Positions 1 to 12,956 of a stretch of DNA of 64,000 bases are shown here, one piece after another. The DNA is from Macrostomum lignano. Lineage: Eukaryota. The position numbers and the translations under genes are program-made. The DNA is taken from NCBI GenBank assembly GCA_002269645.1, contig NIVC01000714.1, positions 310,001-374,000 on the forward strand, written 5' to 3'. Positions within the stretch are counted from its first letter, which is position 1; every line of letters starts with the position of its first letter. Below the pieces are notes generated by a model. That model had not been told where the DNA came from. It did no database searches and was given only the letters and a program-made list of their open reading frames with translations.

Positions 1-76
1 ATAATTGATTACAACTGCCCTACTGGTCAGATGTGCAACCGACAGCTAAGCCGCAGCTATTGCGCGGCGCATCTGA

Positions 77-290
77 AGGCTGCGTACAAGGACTGGGGGG
101 GGGAGGTCGCCACACACAGCCTCAATTACCCCAGCTAATGCTGGCACCCATTTTACAGCTGGGTGAACTGAAGCGATGCAGAGTTAAGTGTCTGTCTTGC
201 TCAAGGACACAAATTTTTCCGAGCGGGTCGAGAATCGAACCCACGATTTTTCAGTCGTAGGTCCGATGCTCTAACTCAAGGGTTAGAACC
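77..290 (-). mobile_element. tRNA-derived SINE family A, CORE/Meta-like central domain, copy 1
   Basis: Reverse strand reads tRNA-like head (GAGTTAGAGCATCGG...GGGTTCGATTCTCG) then GTGTCCTTGAGCAAGACA...CTTCAGTTCACCCAGCTGTAAAATGGGTGCC; related copies at 17470-17625 (+) and 24905-25134 (-). Confidence 0.75.
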
Positions 291-307
291 TAGCTAATGG
301 CCACGGG

Positions 308-576
308 CCAGGGAGAGAGAGAAGGAAAGGGAATAGAGTAGAGAAGAGAAAACAGATGAGAGAAGAGAGGAAAGTCGAGAGAGGAGATGAGAAAAGATGA
401 GAGGAGATGAGAGATGAGATATGAGATATGGGATGAGAGAAGATAAGAAAATAGATAAAGATGAGAGATGAAAGGAGAGAAGAGAAGAAAGAGAAGATAA
501 GATGAGAGAGGAGAGGAGAGAAGAGGGGCGAGGTAATAGAGAGAAGAGGAGAGACAGGTGGTAAGAGAGCTGAGAA
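308..576. repeat. AG-rich low-complexity tract
   Basis: Purine-only GAGA/GAA/GAT degenerate repeats. Confidence 0.9.
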
Positions 577-663
577 GAGACGCAAACCTTGAGCGGGCCT
601 AACCACTAGGCTACAACCCCATTGAAATTAGGTCAGAATAGGAAGCTCAGAAAGCTCAGAGTC

Positions 664-1011
664 TCAAAGCGTCACCTGAATGGCCACAGTCCGCCTGTCA
701 AGAGCCAGCCTAATAAACGGCTGCATCGCTCGTTTCAAGTTGCGCCTCCTCTGCCGTTCCTCTTCCACGCGTACAGTCGGAGTGCTGCGCAGAAAGGCGC
801 TCACCTCCCGGTCCAGCTCCCGCTTCCCAGCTCGCCGGTTGATGTGCGACACAATCATGAACAGGATGGCCATGGCGTATACCGTCACCACCGTCACAAC
901 GTACCACATGGCGCCGTTGTGATCGTAGGGAGTCTCAGCTGGAGCCGTAGTCACCGGCGGGGCACCAGTGCCATTCGACAGCAGTCCCAGCAAGTGAGTT
1001 CGGCGACCCAT
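664..1011 (-). CDS. 115-aa single-pass membrane protein, KCNE-like
   Basis: ATG-to-stop ORF with GC-rich codon usage, N-terminal NGT sequon, one hydrophobic helix (AMWYVVTVVTVYAMAILFMIVSHI) followed by a basic segment and D-x-x-V-x-x-F-L, in register with KCNE1 as recalled. Confidence 0.6.
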   Translation of the reverse strand: MGRRTHLLGLLSNGTGAPPVTTAPAETPYDHNGAMWYVVTVVTVYAMAILFMIVSHINRRAGKRELDREVSAFLRSTPTVRVEEERQRRRNLKRAMQPFIRLALDRRTVAIQVTL

Positions 1012-1446
1012 TGCTGACAGGCCAACTTGTCAGGCTAGAATTCTCGCGAGCTCGAGTTGAATTGGTTTTAAGAAAGAATGAAGCGGGAGGAGGGAGAGAA
1101 AAGACAGAGAGTAAAGGCTTACTGAGATGGCCTTTGCATTAACTGCAGCCCCACCTCAACTGTCTTCTCTACGGTACTATATAGTCCTTCAGCCTCGCCT
1201 AGAACCGCCATTTGCCTGCTTTGCAGATAGAATGCAAACTAACTATATAGATAATAAACTCTGCTATATGGCAAGTTGAGATACACGCAAGTCTGCCTAT
1301 TGTACCGCTCTGTTGTGCATAGAATGATTGGACAACTTCAGACAATGGTTCGTATTTTTGGAAATTAAATGTGATATACGATGCTATTGTAGAGTACAAT
1401 TGCTTCATTTTAGAGTAACTGGTTTCTGACTTTGTTAGATACGTAG

Positions 1447-2550
1447 GGCACTGATGTTGGGGCACTGATGTGTGGGGCACTGATGTGTTGGGGCACTGAT
1501 GTATTGGGGCACTGATGTTGGGGCACTGATGTGTGGGGCACTGATGTGTTGGGGCACTGATGTTGGGGCACTGATGTGTGGGGCACTGATGTGTTGGGGC
1601 ACTGATGTATTGGGGCACTGATGTTGGGGCACTGATGTATTGGGGCACTGATGTTGGGGCACTGATGTGTTGGGGCACTGATTTTGGGGCACTGATGTAT
1701 TGGGGCACTGATGTGTTGGGGCACTGATTTATTGGGGCACTGATGTGTTGGGGCACTGATTTTGGGGCACTGATGTATTGGGGCACTGATGTATTGGGGC
1801 ACTGATGTGTTGGGGCACTGATGTATTGGGGCACTGATGTTGGGGCACTGATGTATTGGGGCACTGATGTTGGGGCACTGATGTGTTGGGGCACTGATTT
1901 TGGGGCACTGATGTATTGGGGCACTGATGTGTTGGGGCACTGATTTATTGGGGCACTGATGTGTTGGGGCACTGATTTTGGGGCACTGATGTATTGGGGC
2001 ACTGATGTATTGGGGCACTGATGTGTTGGGGCACTGATTTTGGGGCACTGATGTATTGGGGCACTGATGTTGGGGCACTGATGTTGGGGCACTGATGTAT
2101 TGGGGCACTGATGTTGGGGCACTGATGTTGGGGCACTGATTGGGGCACTGATGTATTGGGGCACTGATGTGTTGGGGCACTGATGTTGGGGCACTGATGT
2201 ATTGGGGCACTGATGTTGGGGCACTGATGTATTGGGGCACTGATTTTGGGGCACTGATGTATTGGGGCACTGATTTATTGGGGAACTGATGTGTTGGGGC
2301 ACTGATTTTGGGGCACTGATGTATTGGGGCACTGATGTATTGGGGCACTGATGTATTGGGGCACTGGGCACTGATGTTGAGGCACTGATTGGGGCACTGA
2401 TGTTGGGGCACTGATTGGGGCACTGATGTTGGGGCACTGATGTATTGGGGCACTGATTTTGGGGCACTGATGTTGGGGCACTGATGTTGGGGCACTGATG
2501 TGTTGGGGCACTGATCTTGGTGCTCTGATGCTTGATGCTGGGGCACTGAT
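1447..2550. repeat. 14-18 bp minisatellite (GGGGCACTGATGT[A/G]TT)
   Basis: Direct inspection; source of spurious ORFs 1199-2679. Confidence 0.95.
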
Positions 2551-3000
2551 GTTCCCATTTCGGTTCCGGCAGTGTAGTTCCGGATGCGCGCAGACTAAGA
2601 TGGAAGTTCGCCCGAACTTCGACAAATTTTTGTAGCGTTGTAGATAAAAGGTCGAAAATGAATGAATTTCAAAGAACATTTCTAAGAAACGCTACAAAAC
2701 CGTTGCAAACTATTTTAGCAAATCAGCCTTCGAACGTTGCCAAAAATCTTTCTTTGTTTCAGTGCTGCCCTTGTATAAACACGCGAGCCCCATGAGATGA
2801 CGAATGCAAGTCTGTCAATGTCACTGGGGGCTTCGGGGGCCGCCCACGGCCAAGCGGATTACGTGTGCTCTATTTTTAGAACTGTTTAAACAGAAACGAT
2901 TGTAGAAAAGGAGCGTCGAAGTTCTTTGAAATTTATCCAATTCATATCCAAATAGCCTTGCTGAGAATTGCAGCGCGTGGTAGCAGTTGAAGCTTCTGAA

Positions 3001-3324
3001 ATGCTGGAGTTAAAGTGCTTAAAGAGCCTTCAAGTTTTATCGGCTGTGGCTCTGTTGCTGACCAGCTGCTGCGGCGTTGATTCATCAGCCTCTAAGCAGG
3101 ATGACGCACGAATCTTTCGCCAGATTCGAAGAGACGAAATTCAATGCGAAGCGAACTTCCAGCTGCCGCGTTGCGAGGGGAGCTCAGAAGCTGCTGACTC
3201 AGACTGCTACTTGGTTGAGGAGTCGCCGAGGCAGGAGTTCGGTGGCGGCCACGGCGGTGGCGGCGGCGGCGGCAGGAACATCTTGAAAAGCGGCGAGTGG
3301 AACCGGATGAGGCGGGCAATGCAG
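3001..3324 (+). CDS. IL-17-like cystine-knot precursor, exon 1 (signal peptide + propeptide)
   Basis: ATG 3001, hydrophobic signal MLELKCLKSLQVLSAVALLLTSCCG, basic sites RQIRR and RMRR, phase-0 donor CAG|GTATCT at 3324/3325. Confidence 0.7.
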
Positions 3325-3394
3325 GTATCTGCATATTGCATATTCCTCCTTTTTTAAATTATCTAACTTTAAAATTTTATATCTTGTACATTCA

Positions 3395-3743
3395 GGGGCC
3401 GTAGCTCAGTGGTCTGGCGCGGCGTTCTGATATGCTAGCGGCCCAGGCTCGATTCCAAGTGCAGTCACATTAATTTGGGGCTAAATTGTAATCTCGGCTT
3501 AGCTCTGCTCGTGCAATGAACGCTCTTCAGCACCAGCCCCTAAGGCACACAGTGAAGTGTTACATGCCTGACGATAAATAAAGTTAGAGCCGCTGTACAC
3601 TCTTGTGTGTGTGCCTGTGCGTGTGACTGCGTATACGTATCTGCGCGCTTTTGTGCCTGCTCAGGGGTGTCGGCGGAATAGGCAGTGACGCCTCTCGCCG
3701 GTTGTGCGACAATGTCGCTTAAAGTGCGCCAGGGTGCACCTCT
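3395..3743 (+). mobile_element. tRNA-derived SINE family B, copy 1 (in the IL-17-like intron)
   Basis: Starts GGGGCCGTAGCTCAGTGG (A box) and GGCTCGATTCC (B-box-like); similar inverted copy at 17730-18067. Confidence 0.8.
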
Positions 3744-3812
3744 AATAACAAAATATTATGTGTTGTGCATTCCCTGGACTGTAAATTAAGTTACATATTC
3801 GCCTATTACATG

Positions 3813-4066
3813 TAGCTTGGCCCCACGCATTCAATATACACTTCACCCTTATCTTTCTGTCCCACTTAGCTTGGCCCCACGCATTCAATGTACACTTCAC
3901 CCTTATCTTTCTGTCCCACTTAGCTTGGCCTCACGCATTCAATGTACGCTTCACCCTTATCTTTCTGTCCTACTTAGCTTGGCCTCACGCATTCAATGTA
4001 CGCTTCACCCTTATCTTTCTGTCCCACTTAGCTTGGCCCCACGCATTCAATGTACACCCCCACGTA
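3813..4066. repeat. ~57 bp tandem repeat, ~4.5 copies
   Basis: Unit CTTAGCTTGGCCCCACGCATTCAATGTACACTTCACCCTTATCTTTCTGTCCCA. Confidence 0.9.
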
Positions 4067-4131
4067 AAAAACTCCAATGTACATCCAGCCCCACTCTCTC
4101 AGCCGTTTGAAAACTCCTTTCTGACCCGCAG

Positions 4132-4494
4132 TCAATCGCCAGCGAGTCCCGCCTATCAGACAGCTATCCATCGGCAATGAGCGACACGGTATTTCAACCG
4201 CTGTCGGATCTTCGCGACCGCTACTGCCCAGTCGCCTACAGACTCGACGCCGACCCCAGCCGATTTCCCGTCCTGATAGTACAGGCGGACTGTCTCCACG
4301 GGCAGGGGGCCCGTTGCCTGGGCCCTCTAGGAGACGCCTGCATCTGCCAGCCGGTGCTGCACTACAGGCAGATTTACAACCGACTGCCGGACGGCTGCAG
4401 ATACAACGGCTCCGAGCAGCTCAGAGGCGGCGTATTCGTCAAAGCTTTCGCAAATGTTAGCGTTAACTGCGCCGCTGTTAAACACGTAGTTTAA
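4132..4494 (+). CDS. IL-17-like cystine-knot precursor, exon 2 (mature domain)
   Basis: Acceptor CTTTCTGACCCGCAG|TCA at 4131/4132, phase 0, in frame with exon 1; RYCPVAYRLDADPSRFPVLIVQADCLH...C...CQPV matches the IL-17 pattern CPW..N.DP.R.P..I.EA.C...C; stop TAA 4492-4494. Confidence 0.8.
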   Translation, partial: SIASESRLSDSYPSAMSDTVFQPLSDLRDRYCPVAYRLDADPSRFPVLIVQADCLHGQGARCLGPLGDACICQPVLHYRQIYNRLPDGCRYNGSEQLRGGVFVKAFANVSVNCAAVKHVV

Positions 4495-5065
4495 ATTTGC
4501 AAATTTGAGGACAAAAACTGCATTATTTATTAGCAATAGCTAGCGCTAGTACATGTGATGTTTCATAATGGGGGCCACAAATACCACTAGAAGTTACCGT
4601 TGTGCCAGGTAGCAATGCCTCACCAGATTGATTGAAGACTAATTAGTAAGTCTACAAACTGATGAAGCCATGCACCTCGAACCAAACGAACCAAAATGTT
4701 TTTTCGGTCTCACGAATGTATTTCTCGCGACTTCGAAGAGATTCTTTGATCCCTGAATCTTAAATTCGACCCTTACTGATGACGGAGAAAGTTCAAATTT
4801 ACCGATCTAGTGACTCGACTTTATGGAACACCCGTTATATATTATTCTATACAATTGTAGCATAATTGCATAGCTATATGGTATCCCATAATTCCATTAA
4901 CATCAAATCAAATTAACATTTATTGTTCATTACTTATTCATCAAACTGAGTTCATGCGTACTCCTACTGTTTATTCGTACAGAGAAACTTTTAAAGTTTT
5001 GCATGACTTGCATGATTTGAGCAGACCATATTATGCAGTTCTGTGTCGGTGCACAGTCATACGCT

Positions 5066-6622
5066 CATCATTCACTCCCCTCTCTCTTCATTCACTCCCC
5101 TCTCTCTTCATTCACTCCCCTCTCTCTTCATTCACTCCCTTCTCTCTTCATTCACTCCCCTCTCTCTTCATTCACTCCCCTCTCTCTTCATTCACTCCCC
5201 TCTCTCTTCATTCACTCCCCTCTCTCTTTATTCACTCCCCTCTCTCTTCATTCACTCCCCTCTCTCTTCATTCACTCCCCTCTCTCTTCATTCACTCCCC
5301 TCTCTCTTCATTCACTCCCCTCTCTCTTCATTCACTCCCCTCTCTCTTTATTCACTCCCCTCTCTCTTCATTCACTCCCCTCTCTCTTCATTCACTCCCC
5401 TCTCTCTCCATTCACTCCCCTCTCTCTTCATTCACTCCCCTCCCTCTCCATTCACTCCCCTCTCTCTTCATTCACTCCCCTCTCTCTTCATTCACTCCCT
5501 TCTCTCTTCATTCACTCCCCTCTCTCTTCATTCACTCCCTTCTCTTTTCATTCACTCCCCTCTCTCTTCATTCACTCCCCTCTCTCTTTATTCACTCCCC
5601 TCTCTCTTCATTCACTCCCCTCTCTCTTCATTCACTCCCCTCTCTCTTCATTCACTCCCCTCTCTCTTCATTCACTCCCCTCTCTCTTTATTCACTCCCC
5701 TCTCTCTTCATTCACTCCCCTCTCTCTTCATTCACTCCCCTCTCTCTCCATTCACTCCCCTCTCTCTTCATTCACTCCCCTCCCTCTCCATTCACTCCCC
5801 TCTCTCTTCATTCACTCCCCTCTCTCTTCATTCACTCCCTTCTCTCTTCATTCACTCCCCTCTCTCTTCATTCACTCCCCTCTCTCTTCATTCACTCCCC
5901 TCTCTCTTCATTCACTCCCCTCTCTCTTCATTCACTCCCCTCTCTCTTCATTCACTCCCTTCTCTCTTTATTCACTCCCCTCTCTCTTCATTCACTCCCC
6001 TCTCTCTCCATTCCCTCCCCTCTCTCTCCATTCCCTCCCCTCTCTCTTCATTCACTCCCCTCTCTCTTCATTCACTCCCCTCTCTCTTCATTCACTCCCT
6101 TCTCTTTTCATTCACTCCCCTCTCTCTTCATTCACTCCCCTCTCTCTTCATTCACCCCCTTCTCTCTTCATTCACTCCCCTCTCTCTTCATTCACTCCCC
6201 TCTCTCTCCATTCACTCCCCTCTCTCTTCATTCACTCCCCTCTCTCTTCATTCACTCCCCTCTCTCTCCATTTCCTCCCCTCTCTCTTCATTCACTCCCC
6301 TCTCTCTTCATTCACTCCCCTCTCTCTCCATTTCCTCCCCTCTCTCTTCATTCACTCCCCTCTCTCTTCATTCACTCCCCTCTCTCTTCATTCACTCTCC
6401 TCTCTCTTCATTCACTCCCCTCTCTCTTCATTCACTCCCCTCTCTCTTCATTCACTCCCCTCTCTCTTCATTCACTCCCCTCTCTCTTCATTCACTCCCC
6501 TCTCTCTTCATTCACTCCCCTCTCTCTTCATTCACTCCCCTCTCTCTTCATTCACTCCCCTCTCTCTTCATTCACTCCCCTCTCTCTTCATTCACTCCCC
6601 TCTCTTTCTCCATTCACTCCCC
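5066..6622. repeat. 20-bp pyrimidine minisatellite (TTCACTCCCCTCTCTCTTCA), ~78 copies
   Basis: Direct inspection. Confidence 0.97.
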
Positions 6623-7154
6623 TCTGTCGATTCACTTTCCTGTCTGTCTATTTGATTTCCCACGAGCATTCAATATTCCCATGGATTTACATTTCCTCAT
6701 CACTTTGAGGCGCATCAAGCTGTTTAAATAAAAAAGTCAGAATATATTGGAATTATTGTTTTATAGGCGCGTTTTGAATTAAAAAAAGAAATTAATTTTT
6801 ATAAATCAAATATTTTGGCAGAAAGAATAATCAATTTTTTGTCTTTGTGTAGAAAAATCCAGAGTAAGTGTGATTCTTTAAACTGTAAAATTTTGATAAA
6901 AAATTATTTCAAAACATTTGTCTTCAGTGCATTAAAACAATTTTATAGAAATTCGTTTAGCCAACAGGCTCAAGATAAATATGAGAAATCTTGATTGCTA
7001 TTGTACAGTAATTAAAAGTGAATTAATTGTTTTCAACATCAGTGACCACCGCTAGGACTTCACTGCAGCTTCGGCTCGAACGCTGAAGTTTTATCGGGTT
7101 TTGGTATTGCGTGCGTAATCTCTTCAGTTGATTGAGAACTGTTCATATCATGCA

Positions 7155-7735
7155 TTCTCCTCTGTCCTGTGTCTGTCCTCTGTCCTCTGTCCTCTGTCCT
7201 CTGTCCTCTGTCCTCTGTCCTCTGTCCTCTGTCCTCTGTCCTCTGTCCTCTGTCCTCTGTCCTCTGTCCTCTGTCCTCTGTCCTCTGTCCTCTGTCCTCT
7301 GTCCTCTGTCCTCTGTCCTGTGTCCTCTGTCCTCTGTCCTCTGTCCTCTGTCCTCTGTTTTCTGTCCTCTGTCCTCTGTCCTCTGTTTTCTGTCCTCTGT
7401 CCTCTGTCCTCTGTCCTCTGTCCTGTCTCCTCTCCTCTGTCCTGTCTCCTCTCTTCTGTCCTGTCTCATATGTCCTCTATCCTCTGTCCTCTGTCCTCTG
7501 TCCTCTGTACTCTGTCCTCTGTCTTCTGTCCTCTGTCCTCTGTCCTCTGTCCTCTGTCCTCTGTTCTCTGTCTTCTGTCCTGTCTCCTCTCCTCTGTCCT
7601 GTCTCCTCTCTTCTGTCCTGTCTCATATGTCCTCTATCCTCTGTCCTCTGTCCTCTGTCCTCTATCCTCTGTCCTCTGTCCTCTGTCCTCTGCTCTCTGT
7701 ACTCCATCTTCTGTCCTGTCTCCTCTGTCCTCTCT
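7155..7735. repeat. (TCCTCTG)n heptamer satellite
   Basis: Direct inspection. Confidence 0.95.
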
Positions 7736-7829
7736 CATCTTTCCTAGGCTCTCTCGATCTCTCTTCTCACCTGAATATTTTATGATTTATTCATGAAAAT
7801 CACTACTCTCACACCCCAAGACTGCTCAC

Positions 7830-7941
7830 TTTTCTCGATGGCAGCTCCGATGCTGACTTCAAGCAGGGCCTCATACTCAGCCTGCAGGTCGATGATGTCA
7901 CTCATGCTTTCCGGGATGTTTGACTGTGCGGTCTCCAGGAT
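7830..7941 (-). CDS. NIBAN: Niban/FAM129 homolog, late exon (ILETAQSNIPESMSDIIDLQAEYEALLEVSIGAAIEK)
   Basis: Acceptor TTCTCAG| at 7942, donor GTGAGC at 7829; resembles the FAM129 region ILVENTYEEVV. Confidence 0.7.
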
Positions 7942-8074
7942 CTGAGAACGGTAGAATGTGCTGGCTGTTTATTCTCAATTATTTCATTGCGTCAGAGGAT
8001 CTGTATTTGCTGTTTCTGAAGGATTGCAAGGGCCAAACAAAACCAATCCCCCTGAAGTATCGGGGGCAAGCAGC

Positions 8075-8812
8075 TTCAGACCCCGAAGGATCGGGGGAAT
8101 GCAGCTTCAGACCCTGAAGGATCGGGGGAATGCAGCTTCAGACCCTGAAGGATTAGGGGCAAGTAGCTTCAGACCCTGTAGGATCGGGGGCAGACACCCT
8201 GAAGGATCGGGGGCAGACACCCTGAAGGATCAGGGGCAGGCAGCTTTAGACCCTGAAGGATCGGGGGCAGGCAGCTTCGGACCCTGAAGGATCGGGGGCA
8301 AGCAGCTTCAGACCCTGAAGGATCGGGCAAGCAGCTTCAGACCCTGAAGGATCGAGCAAGCAGCTTCAGACCCTGAAGTATCGCGGGTAGGCAGCTTCAG
8401 ACCCTGAAGGATCGAGAAAGCAGCTTTAGACCCTGAAGTATCGGGGGTAGGCAGCTTCAGACCCTGAAGGATCGGACAAGCAGCTTCAGACCCTGAAGGA
8501 TCGAGGGCAAGCAGCTTCAGACCCTGAAGTATCGGGGGTAGGCAGCTTCAGACCCTGAAGGATCGGGCAAGCAGCTTCAGACCCTGAAGGATCGAGGGCA
8601 AGCAGCTTCAGACCCTGAAGGATCGAGCAAGCAGCTTCAGACCCTGAAGTATCGGGGGTAGGCAGCTTCAGACCCTGAAGGATCGGGCAAGCAGCTTCGG
8701 ACCCTGAAGGATCGAGGGCAAGCAGCTTCAGATCCTGAAGGATCGAGAGCAAGCAGCTTCGGACCCTGAAGGATCGGGCAAGCAGCTTCGGACCCTGAAG
8801 GACCGGGGGCAA
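8075..8812. repeat. ~29-bp intronic minisatellite (GCAGCTTCAGACCCTGAAGGATCGGGCAA)
   Basis: Direct inspection. Confidence 0.93.
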
Positions 8813-8829
8813 ATTACTGAAGCGCTCAC

Positions 8830-9216
8830 CGGATCCGTAAAATCCTTTGTCTTGTTTTTCAGCTTGCCCAGCAGCAGCTCCACAAACAGGCCGCTGGTGA
8901 AACTTTTCTGTAGAGCAACCCCATCCAGCTTGGCTTTCTCCAGCACGTCTCCAAGCAGCGCTTTTGACTCGATGGCAGATTCCGCTTTGCCAGTCTCCTC
9001 CTCGGCGGTGAAGACCATCGCGTCGAGCAGCTCCAGGAGAGACTGACGCCAATTAGTCGAGCACTCATCCGGTTTGAGGCCGTCGAGGGCGTCTCCGCAG
9101 TTGCGCTTGGCAGTTTCCAGCATTTCTTGGAGCGACACTTTGGCGCCATCAATTTTTTCAGTATGGCTGCCGTCCCTGGCCAGCTGGTCCAAGTCCGCAA
9201 TGGTTTCCGCCGTTAG
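8830..9216 (-). CDS. NIBAN: Niban/FAM129 homolog exon (LTAETIADLDQLAR...LLELLDAMVFTAEE...KDFTDP)
   Basis: 387 nt, phase 0/0, TTTCAG acceptor and GTGAGC donor; LLDAMVFTAEE resembles FAM129 QMDNAVYTFE. Confidence 0.8.
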
Positions 9217-9293
9217 CTGAAATCAATGGCCTGTCTGCTTGCAGACAAAAAAGTGTTTAGCAGAATGCGAAATCGTCATCAAATTTTCCTCAC

Positions 9294-9377
9294 CGGACCC
9301 GTGATTCTCGATCCCGGAAGCAGCGCCTTAGCGTCTTTCTCGAATACTGCAATGGCAGCTGAAACGCCCTTTCTGAG
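9294..9377 (-). CDS. NIBAN: Niban/FAM129 homolog exon (LRKGVSAAIAVFEKDAKALLPGSRITGP)
   Basis: Polypyrimidine TTTTTAG acceptor, GTGAGG donor, phase 0/0. Confidence 0.65.
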
Positions 9378-9463
9378 CTAAAAAGGATGAAGGAGCAAAA
9401 TGCTCTTGAGCAAACCTGATTCTATGCTAATTGTAGGCCAGCGAGCAGAATCCATCAACTCAC

Positions 9464-9549
9464 CTCCTGCACCAGCGGGTCGGTCACCAGGGTCAGTATC
9501 GGCTGCAGCAGCTCCGACAGCTTTTCCCCGATTTTTTCGCCAACCTTTG
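9464..9549 (-). CDS. NIBAN: Niban/FAM129 homolog exon (SKVGEKIGEKLSELLQPILTLVTDPLVQE)
   Basis: TTGCAG acceptor, GTGAGT donor, phase 1/0; resembles VQPYIPSILEALMVP. Confidence 0.7.
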
Positions 9550-9634
9550 CTGCAATGGAGAGAATGCCGCAGTCCCGGTTAGGGTGAGGGTTAAAGTTGA
9601 GCGCGTCGGAGATATGAAGTAAAGTAAAAGTAAA

Positions 9635-10641
<1,007 letters not shown>

Positions 10642-10668
10642 TTCAGCAAGTTCAGCGAGTTTACACAC

Positions 10669-10873
10669 AGCGAATCAGATCGTGCAGTTCGGCCTTCTTC
10701 TCCAGAATAGCTTGCACCATGGGCTTCACGGTAGTCACCAGTGACTCCGACTTTTCCTTGGCCTCGTCCTGCATTTTCTTCCAGGCCGTATCGACCAGCT
10801 TTTCGATGGTGCTGGCGGCGCCACCTCTGGCGTTGAGCCAGGCGGCCAGACGGCCAAAAGGTAGCCTCAACAT
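10669..10873 (-). CDS. NIBAN: Niban/FAM129 homolog exon (MLRLPFGRLAAW...KPMVQAILEKKAELHDLIR)
   Basis: CTCCAG acceptor, weak GTGTGT donor giving the phase 1 needed by the next exon; resembles DMDQIITSKEHLASKIR. Confidence 0.7.
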
Positions 10874-11037
10874 CTGGAGAGTCCGCGGGGTGGACTGGTG
10901 GGTCAAGAACTGAGTCCATGGGTTTTGTGGGTCAAGAACTGAGTCCATGGGTTTTGTGGGTCAAGAACTGAGTCCAGGTGCTTGATGGGTCAAGTCCACG
11001 TGTCTCGAATTATTCAGCAAGTTGCACTCTTGCCTAC

Positions 11038-11216
11038 CTGCTCAATCACGTCTGGCTTGCAGGCGGCCTCAAACACGGCGATGAAGGCCATGTGGGCGAG
11101 GATTTGGCCCTCGGTGCCGTCGTCAGAAAAGTTGGCGAGGTCGGCCAGCTGGTTGCTCATTTTCTTCACCGTGAGGTCGAAAGCGATGGCCAGTTCGTCC
11201 TTTTCCAGGTCCCGAG
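11038..11216 (-). CDS. NIBAN: Niban/FAM129 homolog exon (RDLEKDELAIAFDLTV...GTEGQILAHM...PDVIEQ)
   Basis: CCGACAG acceptor, GTAGGC donor, phase 1/0; GTEGQILAHM matches FAM129 GNEVQILSNL. Confidence 0.8.
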
Positions 11217-11328
11217 CTGTCGGGGTTGAGGAATAACTTTGCGGGAATTCGAATGCTGTTGAGAGACTGCCTCTTAAAAGAGCAAAACAGAAATATGGGG
11301 CGAATATCTTTTTGTGTGCATGGCCAAT

Positions 11329-11488
<160 letters not shown>

Positions 11489-11509
11489 CACTTGAGAGAA
11501 TTGCCCTTG

Positions 11510-12868
11510 AACACTAGAGTCACACTCAGAACACTAGAGTCACACTCACAACACTAGAGTCACACTCAGAACACTAGAGTCACACTCACAACACTAGAGT
11601 CACACTCAGAACACTAGAGTCACACTCACAACACTAGAGTCACACTCAGAACACTAGAGTCACACTCACAACACTAGAGTCACACTCACAACACTAGAGT
11701 CACACTCACAACACTAGAGTCACACTCACAACACTAGAGTCACACTCACAACACTAGAGTCACACTCGTAACACTAGAGTCACACTCAGAACACTAGAGT
11801 CACACTCACAACACTAGAGTCACACTCAGAACACTAGAGTCACACTCACAACACTAGAGTCACACTCAGAACACTAGAGTCACACTCACAACACTAGAGT
11901 CACACTCAGAACACTAGAGTCACACTCACAACACTAGAGTCACACTCGTAACACTAGAGTCACACTCGGAACACTAGAGTCACACTCAGAGCACTAGAGT
12001 CACACTAAGAACACTAGAGTCACACTCAGAACACTAGAGTCACACTCAGAACACTAGAGTCACACTCACAACACTAGAGTCACACTCAGAACACTAGAGT
12101 CACACTCAGAACACTAGAGTCACACTCACAACACTAGAGTCACACTCAGAACACTAGAGTCACACTCACAACACTAGAGTCACACTCAGAACACTAGAGT
12201 CACACTCACAACACTAGAGTCACACTCAGAACACTAGAGTCACACTCACAACACTAGAGTCACACTCGTAACACTAGAGTCACACTCGGAACACTAGAGT
12301 CACACTCAGAGCACTAGAGTCACACTCAGAACACTAGAGTCACACTCAGAACACTAGAGTCACACTCAGAACACTAGAGTCACACTCACAACACTAGAGT
12401 CACACTCAGAACACTAGAGTCACACTCACAACACTAGAGTCACACTCACAACACTAGAGTCACACTCACAACACTAGAGTCACACTCAGAACACTAGAGT
12501 CACATTCAGAACACTAGAGTCACGCTCACAACACTAGAGTCACACTCACAACACTAGAGTCACACTCACAACACTAGAGTCACACTCAGAACACTAGAGT
12601 CACACTCAGAACACTAGAGTCACACTCACAACACTAGAGTCACACTCAGAACACTAGAGTCACACTCAGAACACTAGAGTCACACTCAGAACACTAGAGT
12701 CACACTCACAACACTAGAGTCACACTCGGAACACTAGAGTCACACTCAGAGCACTAGAGTCACACTCAGAACACTAGAGTCACACTCAGAACACTAGAGT
12801 CACACTCACAACACTAGAGTCACACTCAGAACACTAGAGTCACACTCAGAACACTAGAGTCACACTCT
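11510..12868. repeat. 20-bp intronic minisatellite (ACACTAGAGTCACACTCA[G/C]A), ~68 copies
   Basis: Direct inspection. Confidence 0.97.
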
Positions 12869-12956
12869 TAAAACACGTCAAAATGTCTCCTGAACGTCTT
12901 AAAGTCTGAGTAGCCCTGAGCAACCCCCGAAGGCCGAGGCAGCCTTGTACACTTAC

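Noticed and set aside
1199-2679. Cys/Pro/Gln-rich ORFs
   Set aside because: Derived from the GGGGCACTGATGT tandem repeat.
3100-3180. Class B GPCR ectodomain helix (IFRQIRRDEIQCEANF)
   Set aside because: The exon splices in frame to an IL-17-like domain; no GPCR exons were seen.
3395-3465. tRNA gene
   Set aside because: No complete cloverleaf; it is the head of a SINE with a second copy at 17730-18067.
4954-6731. Three 540-584 aa ORFs
   Set aside because: Translations of the stop-free 20-bp minisatellite; no coding complexity.
7060-7082. Terminal Niban exon
   Set aside because: The phase-compatible frame gives TFEPKLQ*, while the homologous-looking frame (VRAEAAVKS*) has no compatible acceptor; left unassigned.
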